A DNA stretch of 64,000 bases from a virus (IMGVR_UViG_2902759955_000002:32001-96000); one strand, 5' to 3'; positions 50,601-59,540 are shown, counted from the first letter of the stretch. Notes: generated by a model not told the origin, from the sequence alone. Numbers and translations are program-made.

Positions 50601-51777
50601 GCGTGTGTTTGGCAAGAAGCATTTCCCGTCCCTGCAGGCCGCGCAAGCTGCCGTGCAGTCGGGTCCGGAGGCGATCGCCGATGCAGCGTATGGCGGTCGT
50701 ATGGGTAACACCGATCCGGACGATGGGTACAAGTATCGCGGCCGTGGCGTGGTGCAGCTCACCGGCAAAGACAACTACGCCCATTTCGGGAAGCTGATTG
50801 GCGTCGACCTCGTGAACCATCCGGATCTGGCTGCAGAGCCGGAGACGGCGGCAAAGCTCGCGGTCGCCTACTGGCAACAGCGGGTGAAGGGTGCGGGCAA
50901 GAGCGGTGACGTGCGCGCTGCAACGCTTGCGATCAATGGGGGCTTGAATGGCCTCAGCAGTCGTGAGCAACTCTACCAGCAATACCTGCAGCAGGCACAG
51001 GCAGGCAAGCTGGCACCGTCAGGCACACCGGCAGCAGCAGGTGGAAAGGATGGTGCAGCGGGAGCCGGTGGCGCCGCTGCGGGTACGGATGCGAAAGCTG
51101 GGGCAGGTGGTGGTGGCGCAGGTGCAAGCGCGACGACTGCGGCCGCCGCTGGCGCATCAGGTTCCGGCGGTGCGTCTACAGGTCCGGCAGGATCGGGAGC
51201 CTCACCCGCATTGCCGGATGCTGTGGCCCAGAGCAGTCAGGCCGCGAACCAGAAAGCACAGTCTGAGTATGACGCAGGAAGTGCCTCTGACAAGGCTGCG
51301 ATCCAGAACGTGGTGGGGCATCCGATGGCACCGTCTGTCGGGGCATCTTCGCCACCCACGTCTGCTGCAGCCGGGTCCGCTGCGACCACCGCGGCTACGC
51401 CCGCCGCTCCGAGTGTCGCATCGGTGACACCGGCGGCGTCTCCGGCCGTTCAGGATTCGCCGTTCGGTTTTGGGGCGTCGTCGGCCCAGCCGCTCGTGAC
51501 CAGCGCGCGTAGCGTGACCGCGGTACAGCAGGCCCAGCACCAGGAAAAGATGGGGGCAATGGGTGATGTGAGTGACATCCTGAACAAGGGTCTCAAGATC
51601 AATTCCGATCAGCTCGACACGCTCAAGGCCATCCTGACTGCAGTGCAAACCATGGCGAGTACAGCTCAGCAGGGCAACGCAGCGAATGCGCCCCCTGCAT
51701 CACAGCCTGCCAGTAATCCGCGTGGTGCCCGGCAGATGATGCCGGCGTCACCGGTCTCCATGCGCAAGCAAGCGTAA
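44680..51777 (+). CDS. Tape measure/tail-associated lysin (gp181-like) with GH19 domain
   Basis: 2365 aa, A/G/K-rich helical repeats; AQMDHESGG..ENL.YS, YRGRGVVQLTGKDNY, INGG.NG near 50500-50970. Confidence 0.88.
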   Translation: MAKKKRLKSTDEFGFDTELDLPDFDYQSKPPKNDRHPAVSAAKDFTKGTVTGIWDATRSESFIKKTIKGALPSGYGSAMELADEATASIRSLYNSGANEIKPALNEMKRATAKLLPSASKILPAKMQQRIKAWTETANSGSTGISEEAMRHASTQAMLGDVFAYQAQTAAQERAEDKAEADIQKNIDHNRANTQITQLSAMRIALQRLADYQDKVTVNFQRKTLELQYRQYFVAMDALSEAKRQNAQTTQLLQSIQKNTGLPDLLKIKAREDWPIILRNKFMGNVGGMVLSQRSQFMRNLTGHLQRQMKSSLSGIVGGAQMAMGMGDMVGGMADMGGPSGAEMGGNMVGGMVADGLAPRFGKWIGKHVKNSKYAGDVNRIGNLLQFYAGNAPQHAMEFAHSDKWDDAPVVGGMLRWLKDQAIASNGVQTGFHVDNLRNLQDPAPFNGLARKSLTEIIPGYLARIYRELQIMRTGDSSVELTHYDHAKNTFGKKSEVTARALHSVVRPGDAAFVQERAHGLVDELEKGSKRKLTAEQRKVLIRRMMSDNLNNRVGSAKRYSDIWEYQGADAEHGDALSGLFRDYFSDDTDNKKQMAFQARFAHLGSGMADSRAHMQDMLNSGQGQILVKAGLIRPNGTLDLQKLQDYYLGESFAPQGKVASGRRRRRGRSGHPFGNFARPNPSASGVAAAATPAPQPAAPAAAAASPHANASSAELTQMAQDNVMKKHGPVYEKDVGRWLRLVEGEFHRLNTGAVGEDLHGSAAHDVNHFLGNKWGRSIDGGPNQAQGRGDFAGVIAAIKQSSSKTISEKIHATLVAIQKKITSGVAVSGHAPAGDGVPPPDAKSGKARKAWLDYNLGDIFGGVTGKVRSGVAGAWDWMKKPSPLMQRARGMIGNGLGALGTGGKKALEFAKGFDDIYVGKNPEPVLLAWKLKAGHYRDKATGQVIKSYKDIKGDVVDAWDPEKVILKADEIGDAFTKSKAGLRSLKALGSVWRGAKGLLDAATGGITSLVPRIIRTGARAIRAGMNIMDAPQDIYVKGNPDPVLLAIMMRSGAYVSQRTGHKITRPGLIDGPVMDVSDPGKPVVALSKEMIGKGLVDVNGKPIRSPLMKLLSAATVPIGMAWKALKGGLNIAKGAISKPFELIGNWVSKWIGKDGLVFAGSKTMTERLTEIRDLLKSRLPERKQRLKGDETGDGFVTNSWEEMQHKGEIGGTEPKAAAAAKKGGGIAALLAKLKGGGTDKTKGSGNLLTRGMDAAEGAVGSFLGTKVGKAGRAAWGGLKRFGGRLLGRGASAVGETGIEAAAGEAAGAGATLAEGAGAVAGIGEAAAVGGGVLAAGAGGLAALIASPVVLGAAAVGLVGYGLYRSVKGIKNFFAGKPGPLATVRMAQYGFLPDDNDSLDVLVDLEKTLLPAVTYGKDGAQINAQKVKLADVLKGFDIDQSSKTEVQNWLTWFQGRFKPVFLTHMTALHGVNSGVALTDVDKKLTKEEKQKYLKAASWPNGPYNNRTSPFHNSLLLLHSAKTLKATGADVRQFVAEAEAIIAKEPDTAKKTGQTGSDVAKKAAAAGAAGAAVGAAVGAAADGKPGGKGAAKPGEKSSGFWAMLGIGTANAAEPKTSAQNVLGKKPTATMPIDPSLKKEPDRLDLLASIRYRTYGLTSLDADKVAALKALEVETLKALKIEKGAPSHVAFLSDSATILAKMGSKFGVIGVNNTLGYQWQAWFNLRFLPTYMNYVGASNTLTGHNDAVSMLLTPETAVQLGRIVAGTKSPNGKSAWEITASPWNHYDLSTDATSVKPALDALAAKGKKKVLADPAGPAKPKDSATPSKTDQPSFLSKAGKVISDAAGAVGNAVKKAATWAGNEVKTGVNYVQNTQTYKAASKAVKQGVQAVQKTQAYKTAAKAVKTGVAAAKSAGKWVEKTYSASAQAVKNALLKAMAAAGIKTPQEQAMLMAQMDHESGGFKSLTENLHYSAANLVRVFGKKHFPSLQAAQAAVQSGPEAIADAAYGGRMGNTDPDDGYKYRGRGVVQLTGKDNYAHFGKLIGVDLVNHPDLAAEPETAAKLAVAYWQQRVKGAGKSGDVRAATLAINGGLNGLSSREQLYQQYLQQAQAGKLAPSGTPAAAGGKDGAAGAGGAAAGTDAKAGAGGGGAGASATTAAAAGASGSGGASTGPAGSGASPALPDAVAQSSQAANQKAQSEYDAGSASDKAAIQNVVGHPMAPSVGASSPPTSAAAGSAATTAATPAAPSVASVTPAASPAVQDSPFGFGASSAQPLVTSARSVTAVQQAQHQEKMGAMGDVSDILNKGLKINSDQLDTLKAILTAVQTMASTAQQGNAANAPPASQPASNPRGARQMMPASPVSMRKQA

Positions 51778-51793
51778 ATCCTGTAGTCCTTAG

Positions 51794-51836
51794 AGCGAGA
51801 AGCGGACTTAGCGGTCTGCTTCTCGCTTTTTATTTC
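51794..51836 (+). terminator. Intrinsic terminator
   Basis: AGCGAGAAGCGGAC/GTCTGCTTCTCGCT stem followed by a T-run. Confidence 0.75.
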
Positions 51837-51856
51837 GCCCCTATGGGAGTCGACGC

Positions 51857-53947
51857 ATGGCTTCGAGCACGACCGATACAACGATTACCGACACCGGCTG
51901 GGTCCGGCAGTCATTCCTGGTGAAGTCCACGGACCTCGCCACAATCGACCAGACCAATCGTTTCTTTACCACCGCAAGTCTGAAGTACACCGACACCACC
52001 CCGGGTGGCAACATCCCGATCAACCCCCCGGCACAATGGACGCGCTATGCCGACCCGAAAGCCGCTAGCCGCAAAAGCGGCGGCAAGGGCATGGGGATTT
52101 CCTACTCCGAGATGATCGACGATCATTCGCAAGTAATCCACATGCGCTTTGGCGTGCCGGAGTTCAATACGCTTTCATACTTCCTCTCGAACTTTTACAA
52201 CAGCGGAGCTGGTCAGCTGGCGCGGACCGGTCGTGCAGAGGGTGCGTTCTATCAGCTCGGACGTGCCGCCGGTTATGTTGCCGCCCTGATGAGCTGGAAG
52301 GTGTTGGCGTTTCATATCGCAGCGGTCGCAGCGACATTCTTCGCAAATAAGCCGAACAGTCGCTTCTATTATCTGAAGCCGAGTATGCCAACCTACTGGC
52401 AAACGGTGCAGACGATCGTCAACCAGATCGCGGTCAATAAGGGCATCATTCCGCGCGTGGGTGATCCGAACGTGCAAACGACCATCGGTGACAACTATCA
52501 GTTTAGCTCCGATGGCCTCACACAGCTCAATGCTCTACTGCCCGATATCTTCTTTGCTGGCGGCGGTATCGATGTCTATTCACTGGCGAACCGCGCCAAG
52601 CGACTCGAACGTCAACAGCATCAGAACAACATCGCCGCACTCGACACCGGAAGCGTCACGCTCTCGTCAGCGCTGCAGTCACTCTACGGTCCGTCGAGCC
52701 TGCTCGTCGACCAACCAAAACGAAACTTCCTGCAGTACCTCGATCTGTGGAACGGCACAGCGCCGGCGGCTCCGCAGTCAGCGGCCAGCGGTTCTGACAG
52801 CACCACTGGCGTCGCTTCGGCAGACTCGTCCACCGAACAGACAGCGACCAAAACGTCTCAAACAACGGGCTTCTTTGATTTCTTGGAAGCGGAGCTGGAT
52901 GATGGCTCGGCATTTGTGAGTTTCCGGGTGAATTCCACGGGACCGGTGACGGATACGTTCAGTAGCGATACGGCGGACTCGGAACTGCAGCAGAAGATCA
53001 ACAGCATGTCGAGCCAGAATCGCAGCACGCGATTCGACATCGAAGGCGGCAACCTCGCTGGTGGGGTAATCGGGTCGATTCTCGGCGGTGCGGCTTCGGC
53101 GGTGACCGACTTCGTTTCTGGCGCTGCGGATTCGCTAGGGGTTTCGGGCTTGGCGGCCTTAGGCGGCTCGGCCTTTGTCGACATTCCGAAACATTGGTCG
53201 TCGTCGACCGCCAACCTTGCGCGCAGCACGTACACCATCAATCTGGTTAGCCCCTACGGCAATCCCGTGTCGCAGTTGCTGAACCTGTACGTCCCGCTTG
53301 CGATGTTGATTGCGGGAGCCTTGCCGCTGGCCACCGGTCCGCAGTCGTGGACCAGTCCCTTTCTCTGCGAGCTGTATGATCGGGGCCGTTGTCAGATTCG
53401 TCTGGGCATCATCGACAGCTTCTCGATCACGCGCGGTACCGGCAACCTCGGTTTCGATCACGAAGGGAACGCCATGGGGATCGATGTAAGCTTCAGTGTC
53501 GTGGATTTGTCCGCGATGGTGTATCTGCCGATCACGCAAGGGCTCACCCAAGCGACATCCAAAACATTGGCGGAGCTGGGCTTTGTTGGTGGCGCAGTTC
53601 TGGGGACAGTTGCTGCCGGGCCAGTGGGTGGCGCCGCTGCCGCTGCAGCGGCAGGGACGGCAGGTGCTGTTCTTGGCGCGGGCGTCGATGCCGCAGGGAA
53701 TGTGGTGAAGACGCTCGGCGGTATCTTTGACGGGGACAACTCATTCACGGACTACATGGCCGTACTGGGGAGTCTGGGACTGGCAGATCAGATCTACATG
53801 TTCAAGCGTCTCAAACTGAACCTGACCATGCAGATGGCGCAGTGGAAGAGCTGGCTCACCCCGTCGCACTTTGCGAGCTTCGCAGGGGAATTGCTCCCGG
53901 CCCGGATGGTGGGACTGTTCTTCAAGGGTGTGGATTCATCGATCTAG
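51857..53947 (+). CDS. Tail/baseplate structural protein (gp182-like)
   Basis: DTTPGGN..INP, RFGVPEFN, SPYGNP, ITRGTGNLG; follows the tape measure gene. Confidence 0.78.
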   Translation: MASSTTDTTITDTGWVRQSFLVKSTDLATIDQTNRFFTTASLKYTDTTPGGNIPINPPAQWTRYADPKAASRKSGGKGMGISYSEMIDDHSQVIHMRFGVPEFNTLSYFLSNFYNSGAGQLARTGRAEGAFYQLGRAAGYVAALMSWKVLAFHIAAVAATFFANKPNSRFYYLKPSMPTYWQTVQTIVNQIAVNKGIIPRVGDPNVQTTIGDNYQFSSDGLTQLNALLPDIFFAGGGIDVYSLANRAKRLERQQHQNNIAALDTGSVTLSSALQSLYGPSSLLVDQPKRNFLQYLDLWNGTAPAAPQSAASGSDSTTGVASADSSTEQTATKTSQTTGFFDFLEAELDDGSAFVSFRVNSTGPVTDTFSSDTADSELQQKINSMSSQNRSTRFDIEGGNLAGGVIGSILGGAASAVTDFVSGAADSLGVSGLAALGGSAFVDIPKHWSSSTANLARSTYTINLVSPYGNPVSQLLNLYVPLAMLIAGALPLATGPQSWTSPFLCELYDRGRCQIRLGIIDSFSITRGTGNLGFDHEGNAMGIDVSFSVVDLSAMVYLPITQGLTQATSKTLAELGFVGGAVLGTVAAGPVGGAAAAAAAGTAGAVLGAGVDAAGNVVKTLGGIFDGDNSFTDYMAVLGSLGLADQIYMFKRLKLNLTMQMAQWKSWLTPSHFASFAGELLPARMVGLFFKGVDSSI

Positions 53948-53955
53948 GCAGACGG

Positions 53956-53998
53956 CATAGAAGCCTGAGAGGACGCGCTGTCCTCTCAGGCCTTTATG
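53956..53998. terminator. Bidirectional hairpin terminator flanked by CATA/TATG
   Basis: GCCTGAGAGGAC/GTCCTCTCAGGC between convergent genes. Confidence 0.8.
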
Positions 53999-54003
53999 AC
54001 CTT

Positions 54004-55314
54004 TTACAGGGCTTCGGCGAAGCTGATCATGGTACTGGTCTGGGTAGATGCATCGGCCGAGTTCTCGTCGATATACGTGCCAGGCGTAGGCTGGTCTCCC
54101 ACACGATCGTGTTGCTTCGCGGTGGAGGTGGTGGTCGTGGTCGCAACGGCCGTGATCTGCGAGGTGCTCGTCGCTGCGCTCACGGCGCTCGCGGAACTCA
54201 GCTGATCCGGCTCCACATACTTGGGTGTCATGCGAAGCGCGGGATCGATATAGGCGTTCGGGTAGAAGGCCTTCAGATCCGTGTCGACGTCCGCGACCGG
54301 ATAGACCGCGGCCAGCGCGTAGAGCTGTACGGCGGGATCGGTGCTATTCATCACGCCGGCGGCCAGCACGCTCTTGAAGTCATCCGAGCCATCCTGCAGC
54401 GTGGTGATGTCAGTCGCATTGTCATCCGCTCCGACGCTGGTCCGGGTAGAGACGTTCCAAGTCGGATCTGCTCCCGCGAAGAAGGCGAGGACAGACGCCC
54501 ACGTCGTCGCACCCTGACTGGGGGTTGCCTGCTGCGCATTGCCCGAGGCAGAGCGCGAGTAGCCTGATGTGAAGTCAGACAGGGCGGATGGATTGATCGC
54601 CGAGACGCCGGCACTGCTCGCTTGGGTGACGAGCGCCTGGAGACTGACGAGGTCCCCGGACTTGATCAGCGTGGAGAGTGTCTGGGCAATCACCGAACTC
54701 AGAACGGCGGTGCTCGTGATGTTCGACACCATCGGCGCAAATGCCCCCGAGATGCCGTAAGCGGCGCACTGGTTGATCACCCCGGCCACGATGCCGGCGA
54801 GCGCCTGAGCGTCACTGACCGTGAAGGTCGTGCTGCCGGAGAACGCATTGATGATGGCGCCCAAGCTCTGAACGTCGCTGATGCCCCCATTGGTTATCGT
54901 CGAGACGATACCGTTGACCGCGGTGGTGACATCGCCCACGGTCGTCGCGGCGGCCGTCAGCGCGGTTTGCACCGTCGTGGAGAGGGTGTTGAAAGCCGTG
55001 TTGACCGTACTGGCTGCGGCCGTCGTGGTGGTGACGGCATTCGCTGCGGTCGTGGTGCGGGCGGTGGCGGACGTCGTGCTCGCAAGCGTGTCGCTATTGG
55101 CAACCGTCTCGGTGGTTGGGACAGCCTGGGCAGCCGTGGAGCTGGCGCGCAGCAGACCCACTGCGTCGACATCGAATGCCGCAGCGAGGCTCGCAATCGC
55201 GTTGATCACGACCCCTGCATCACCCGCATAGACGTCGACCGTTTCCAGTGCATCATTCGGTCCGGTCAGGAAGGTGGTTGACGCTAAGGGCGTAACAGCC
55301 ATGGAAGACTCCAA
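54004..55314 (-). CDS. Thr/Ala/Ser-rich virion structural protein
   Basis: F.TGP.D.L.TVDVY N-terminus; low complexity; the start may be the internal Met (MAVTPLA). Confidence 0.65.
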   Translation of the reverse strand: MESSMAVTPLASTTFLTGPNDALETVDVYAGDAGVVINAIASLAAAFDVDAVGLLRASSTAAQAVPTTETVANSDTLASTTSATARTTTAANAVTTTTAAASTVNTAFNTLSTTVQTALTAAATTVGDVTTAVNGIVSTITNGGISDVQSLGAIINAFSGSTTFTVSDAQALAGIVAGVINQCAAYGISGAFAPMVSNITSTAVLSSVIAQTLSTLIKSGDLVSLQALVTQASSAGVSAINPSALSDFTSGYSRSASGNAQQATPSQGATTWASVLAFFAGADPTWNVSTRTSVGADDNATDITTLQDGSDDFKSVLAAGVMNSTDPAVQLYALAAVYPVADVDTDLKAFYPNAYIDPALRMTPKYVEPDQLSSASAVSAATSTSQITAVATTTTTSTAKQHDRVGDQPTPGTYIDENSADASTQTSTMISFAEAL

Positions 55315-55372
55315 AGAGGCAAAAAAAAAAAGAGAGCGCGCGGCTCTCTTTTTTTCAGGTGGGGTTAGGCGT

Positions 55373-55930
55373 TTAGACCGGCTTCACGAACAGCGAGACA
55401 ATGGGCTGGATCGGATAGGATTCGCCGCGCTTCACGCATTGACGAACCCGCTCCAGTCCTGCGCAGAGCCACGGCGCCGTTTCCGGAAATACCTGCACCT
55501 GTGCGGGCGTGAGGTAGTAGTACTGGAAGGGCAGCGTCGACTCGCTCATCAGCTGCCGGATATCCGCGTTCTGGATCGCTTTGTGGTAGTTCGCCTCGAT
55601 GATGATCTCGGTGAACCCGTCGCGCCACACCATCTTTCGCGTCTTGGCGTAAGCCTTTGCCCGCGCCCCAACCAGCGTGCGGTAGTTGTCGTCCGGCTCC
55701 TCGGACTTGATGTAGTGCCAGAAGCCCTCCATCGATTTGAAGGGGCCGTAGAAGGGATGGATGAAGGGCGTACGTGCAAAGTGGGCAAGCTTCTGCCCCA
55801 GTTCCGTGGCGCCAGTCATCGAGATGTTGATGTGCGTCTTGCCGTCATCTTGCGGTTCGACATCCGGACGCTTCTCGAGCAGTGCGGGCACCCGTTTCGT
55901 GGCGTTGGTGGTCATGTTTCTGTATTCCAT
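55373..55930 (-). CDS. NADAR-like hypothetical protein
   Basis: HINI...G.TELG..L.HFA.TPF...YG.F.SMEGFW pattern. Confidence 0.5.
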   Translation of the reverse strand: MEYRNMTTNATKRVPALLEKRPDVEPQDDGKTHINISMTGATELGQKLAHFARTPFIHPFYGPFKSMEGFWHYIKSEEPDDNYRTLVGARAKAYAKTRKMVWRDGFTEIIIEANYHKAIQNADIRQLMSESTLPFQYYYLTPAQVQVFPETAPWLCAGLERVRQCVKRGESYPIQPIVSLFVKPV

Positions 55931-55956
55931 TGATGTTTTCTACCAGCGGCCCTCCC

Positions 55957-56619
55957 TTAGTGATCAGCGCCGGCGTTGACGCGTTCATCAAAGGTCGGCT
56001 CAATGCGGCCGTCCGGGAACGTTCTGGATTCGTAGACGTCAGCCGTCATGCGGACAGGCTGCTTGTGCGGTTGGGGTGACTCGCCTTCGAAGAGATCGGC
56101 CTGGGTGTCCTCGGGATCGATCTCGAAAGGGAACATGTTGCTTTGCGCGAGACTGGTGATGAAGTCGCGCACCTGCTGCAGATCGATATCCTCGTCCTGC
56201 TCGAATTCCACATCGAGCTCTTCGAGAAAGCGGTTGACCATGGCGCGTGAGCCGAAGTCCACCATCGTGCCGTGCGTCGTGATCTTGCCATTGCGGTGTT
56301 TGCACCGGATGGCGAATTCCACTTCCTCGATCTGCAGAAAGCGCAGCCCTTTCATGAAGACCTTCCAGGTCATCTGGGGACGGGCGAATTCTTTGGTGAG
56401 ATTACCGCGGGCGCTTGTCTGATCCCGCCGGGTAGGGGGATAGCCGTTACGGATATCTGTCACGAAGTCGTGCATGAGATTACCGTACCGCGGACCACCG
56501 ATGTTCAGGTCGTACAGCATTTGCCGCCACAGACGGGAAAGTACACCGTTTGCACCGGACGTGTTGCTCACTCCCTTGTCCTTGGACTGGAGGATGCGCG
56601 CGAAAGGGTTGCGTGCCAT
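55957..56619 (-). CDS. Conserved jumbo-phage hypothetical protein
   Basis: RGNLTKE....MTWKVFMKGLRFL; AAGGA SD. Confidence 0.65.
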   Translation of the reverse strand: MARNPFARILQSKDKGVSNTSGANGVLSRLWRQMLYDLNIGGPRYGNLMHDFVTDIRNGYPPTRRDQTSARGNLTKEFARPQMTWKVFMKGLRFLQIEEVEFAIRCKHRNGKITTHGTMVDFGSRAMVNRFLEELDVEFEQDEDIDLQQVRDFITSLAQSNMFPFEIDPEDTQADLFEGESPQPHKQPVRMTADVYESRTFPDGRIEPTFDERVNAGADH

Positions 56620-56685
56620 GTTCGTTGAATTCCTTTGTGATCCTGCTTGTGAGCCTGCTTTGTGCTTGATTATCCACTGCTGTCC

Positions 56686-57228
56686 TTACGTCTCGATTGC
56701 TTCGCTGAGATCGATAAGGGCGACCGCGATTTGCCGCAAGTTGACGAGGAGCTTTGTCAGCATGCGCAAATTGTGTTCGTGAAGACCGAAGTCGGCCGTA
56801 TCACTGGACTGCATGAGCCTACATAAAATCAGGGCGTTTTCCTTGAAGGTGATGAGCTCCTTCGGGACGTCCAGATAGAAGCCGTCATGCGAGGTAAAGA
56901 ACTGGGATAGGGGAACCTGCTGGGTATCGATCGTCGACCATTGGTGGCCGAGTATCGATTCGCGAGCGACCGCCGCCTTGAGCTTCAGCAGCTCCGCGTT
57001 GTAGAGGTCGATCTTGGGAAAAAGGGTTGAGATCGCGCGCCCCGCGCCGTAGCTGTGGCGGTAGTCCTCAAACAGACCGACATCCAGATGGAGCAGGAGG
57101 TTTTCTAGGAGCTTCCGGTTAGGCTGGAAGTTCGACTGCTCTTGCGCTTCGCTACGCAGCGCCTGCGACATCGCACGGTGTTCTTGAATCGTGCGCCGGT
57201 GCTTCCAGCGCGAGAGCCATTGCATCAT
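56686..57228 (-). CDS. Hypothetical protein
   Basis: 180-aa ORF with AAGGA SD. Confidence 0.65.
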   Translation of the reverse strand: MMQWLSRWKHRRTIQEHRAMSQALRSEAQEQSNFQPNRKLLENLLLHLDVGLFEDYRHSYGAGRAISTLFPKIDLYNAELLKLKAAVARESILGHQWSTIDTQQVPLSQFFTSHDGFYLDVPKELITFKENALILCRLMQSSDTADFGLHEHNLRMLTKLLVNLRQIAVALIDLSEAIET

Positions 57229-57277
57229 TGTCTTTTTCCTTGTGTGTAGGACGAATCATGTGCCTGGTGACAGGTAG

Positions 57278-57286
57278 ATGATATGT
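57278..57286 (-). promoter_or_regulatory. Putative early promoter motif variant ACATATCAT
   Basis: One mismatch to the motif; in a divergent intergenic region. Confidence 0.45.
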
Positions 57287-57356
57287 AGTCCAGATTCTTT
57301 TCACTTCAGCCCGCTATTGGGCGTGACACCAACCCGTACCAAAAGGAAACAAGATC

Positions 57357-57593
57357 ATGTCGATCATTCAATCCGCAGAAACCGTCGCTGAATCCATCGT
57401 TGCCAAGATCGAAGCCGAAGGCCACGACGCTGCAGCGTTCCTCGAAGCCATCGTCGCGAAGGTCAAGGCGAAGATCGAAGGCACGGCAGCAACCGATGTG
57501 GCGGACGTCGCCACCGATGTCGAGGACGACGTCGATCCGGCAGCCGACACGCCGGCAGCTCCCGCAGCCAGCACGGACAGCACCGCGTCCTAA
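57357..57593 (+). CDS. Small acidic Ala-rich protein
   Basis: AAGGA SD; internal repeat ESIVAKIEA/EAIVAKVKA. Confidence 0.65.
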   Translation: MSIIQSAETVAESIVAKIEAEGHDAAAFLEAIVAKVKAKIEGTAATDVADVATDVEDDVDPAADTPAAPAASTDSTAS

Positions 57594-57614
57594 ACCGTCT
57601 TATCGCAGGAGAAC

Positions 57615-58118
57615 ATGATGTCCGAGCAGGACTTTGAAAACGAAGAGCTGTACCCGGAGATCACGCCTCCTGCGAAAGCAGCGCCTCAAACCATAGAGGT
57701 AGAGGTGCTGCCTTCGGATGACCACGTCCTCAGCTACACCCAGCGCCAGCGCCAACTCCTCATCACAACCATGATGGGCGAGAAAGGCGAGAAGCTCAGC
57801 GAGCTCGACAAGGGCGAGAAGATGGTGGTGCTCCATGCGCTGGACGGCATGGACCGGCAGGCAATCTCGAAGAAGCGTCTTGATACCGACAAGGAAATCA
57901 GCGCGTCTCAGGCCGAAGTCGCCGGCATCATCGCTCAGGTGCTTGCGGGCACCGTGGGCAGATCACCGGGTGCAGTGGGCGGTCGCAAAGATGTGCCACA
58001 GTTACCGACGAACATCGCCGAGCCGGAGTTCGTGCCCGGCGAGATTTCTGTGGACGCGCCCCAGATGGACGTGGATACGTTCATGGCTCAATCCTATGAC
58101 CAGGGACTGAGCCAGTAA
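57615..58118 (+). CDS. Hypothetical protein
   Basis: AGGAG SD; 167 aa. Confidence 0.7.
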   Translation: MMSEQDFENEELYPEITPPAKAAPQTIEVEVLPSDDHVLSYTQRQRQLLITTMMGEKGEKLSELDKGEKMVVLHALDGMDRQAISKKRLDTDKEISASQAEVAGIIAQVLAGTVGRSPGAVGGRKDVPQLPTNIAEPEFVPGEISVDAPQMDVDTFMAQSYDQGLSQ

Positions 58119-58145
58119 GACTCGCTTTTACGGTGCTCATGACCT

Positions 58146-58198
58146 CCTCCTACTCCCTACCCTGTACAAGAGGGTAGGGAGTAGGAGGTGGCTTTATG
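58146..58198. terminator. Long hairpin terminator between convergent genes
   Basis: CCTCCTACTCCCTACCCT/AGGGTAGGGAGTAGGAGG followed by TTTATG. Confidence 0.75.
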
Positions 58199-58919
58199 CC
58201 GTTGCGTCGTCTTGGGGTTTGATGATGCTGAAGTATTTGATGTCGATCAATTCCAGCCCCACCAGGCCGGAAGCAAGCATTGTCATGGCTGCGAACGGGT
58301 GAGCCGCATCTCTCACGAGGTCCTGCAAAGTCTTCTGATCGGGGCGCTCGCCAAAATACAGCGCCGGCGCGATGAGACTGACGTCAGGCAGGCGTGTCGT
58401 TGCAAAAGCTTGAGCGTGCACTTCCATCCATGCTTGAAAGTCGTACATGAACAGCATCGCGTAGTTTGCTTTGACGTGGGTTGGTGTCAGCGCTTGAGGA
58501 CTAATGGTGACAAGCTCGACGGGTGCAGTGCTCCCGACGTGGACTGCCACGGCTTTACCGATGGCCTCTACCAACTCAGGATTCAACTGGTACGGGTACG
58601 TATTCACAGCGATTTTGACCCCATCGAAATAGGGACGTGTGATCGCCATCTCGCTCAGATTCTGAGCAAGGCCACGCAACATCGTAGACAGCAGAGTCAG
58701 ACCGGAGTGTTGCAGTGTTTCGACATTTCTTTCACGATAAGCTCGCTTGAACTCTTCGGTATCAACTCCCTCGAAGACATCGTGCTCACGCGTGTGGTAA
58801 GCATTCTGAAGCGCGCGAACCGCAGTATCTACCCCCATCTTAGCTAAAGTTCCGAGCCGCGTATCCAGGATACAGTCCAGCTCGACCAGTATGGTCTCAA
58901 TCTTATTTGACGTAGTCAT
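58194..58919 (-). CDS. Conserved phiKZ-like protein with degenerate HAD-like N-terminus
   Basis: ILVELDCILDTRLG, VNTYPY.L. Confidence 0.6.
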   Translation of the reverse strand: MTTSNKIETILVELDCILDTRLGTLAKMGVDTAVRALQNAYHTREHDVFEGVDTEEFKRAYRERNVETLQHSGLTLLSTMLRGLAQNLSEMAITRPYFDGVKIAVNTYPYQLNPELVEAIGKAVAVHVGSTAPVELVTISPQALTPTHVKANYAMLFMYDFQAWMEVHAQAFATTRLPDVSLIAPALYFGERPDQKTLQDLVRDAAHPFAAMTMLASGLVGLELIDIKYFSIIKPQDDATA

Positions 58920-58997
58920 TGCCGCTGTACGACAGATGTTTTTACGCACGGGGCCTCGATGCCCCGTGGCCCTTCAGGTCATTTTCCTACAGTACTG

Positions 58998-59540
58998 CTA
59001 CGCCGGCGTCGTCGAGGAGGCAGGCGCTCGCTGGCGCGGCGGCTTCTCCTTGGGCAACTCAGGCGCTTTCACGCACAGCTGGATCAATAGCATCGTGACC
59101 AGCCATTTATTCGCCATCAGCAGTCCCTTGCATGCCCGCTCTTCAGCAAGCGCGTCGAGAATCGGCTGAGGCATCGCTGGGAATCCCGTTATGCCTTGGG
59201 GCATCCCCTGGCCCGAATCGCCGCTGACAGCAAACGCAAGCGATTCCACCAGATGCGCGTACCGTTCACCCGTCGCCCCCCAGCGAGAGTAGAACGTGAA
59301 GCCGAGTGTCAGGATGAAATCACGGATCTCTGGGTCCGTGAATGCAATCTCGACAGCATGGCCAATGCCATCGGCACTGGCAATCATGAAAGGCTTCTCA
59401 CGCAGCACCAGCGAGTAGACAAATTTTCCGAGTCGCTCTTGCGGCTCCGGGCTCATCGTCTTCGTGTGTCCGAACACATGGTCGAAACTGTCCACGAAGA
59501 CCGCCGCAGCGTCGGCCCATTCTTGCGGTAGAAGACTCAT
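58998..59540 (-). CDS. Hypothetical protein
   Basis: ATGA overlap with the RNAP subunit gene. Confidence 0.65.
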   Translation of the reverse strand: MSLLPQEWADAAAVFVDSFDHVFGHTKTMSPEPQERLGKFVYSLVLREKPFMIASADGIGHAVEIAFTDPEIRDFILTLGFTFYSRWGATGERYAHLVESLAFAVSGDSGQGMPQGITGFPAMPQPILDALAEERACKGLLMANKWLVTMLLIQLCVKAPELPKEKPPRQRAPASSTTPA

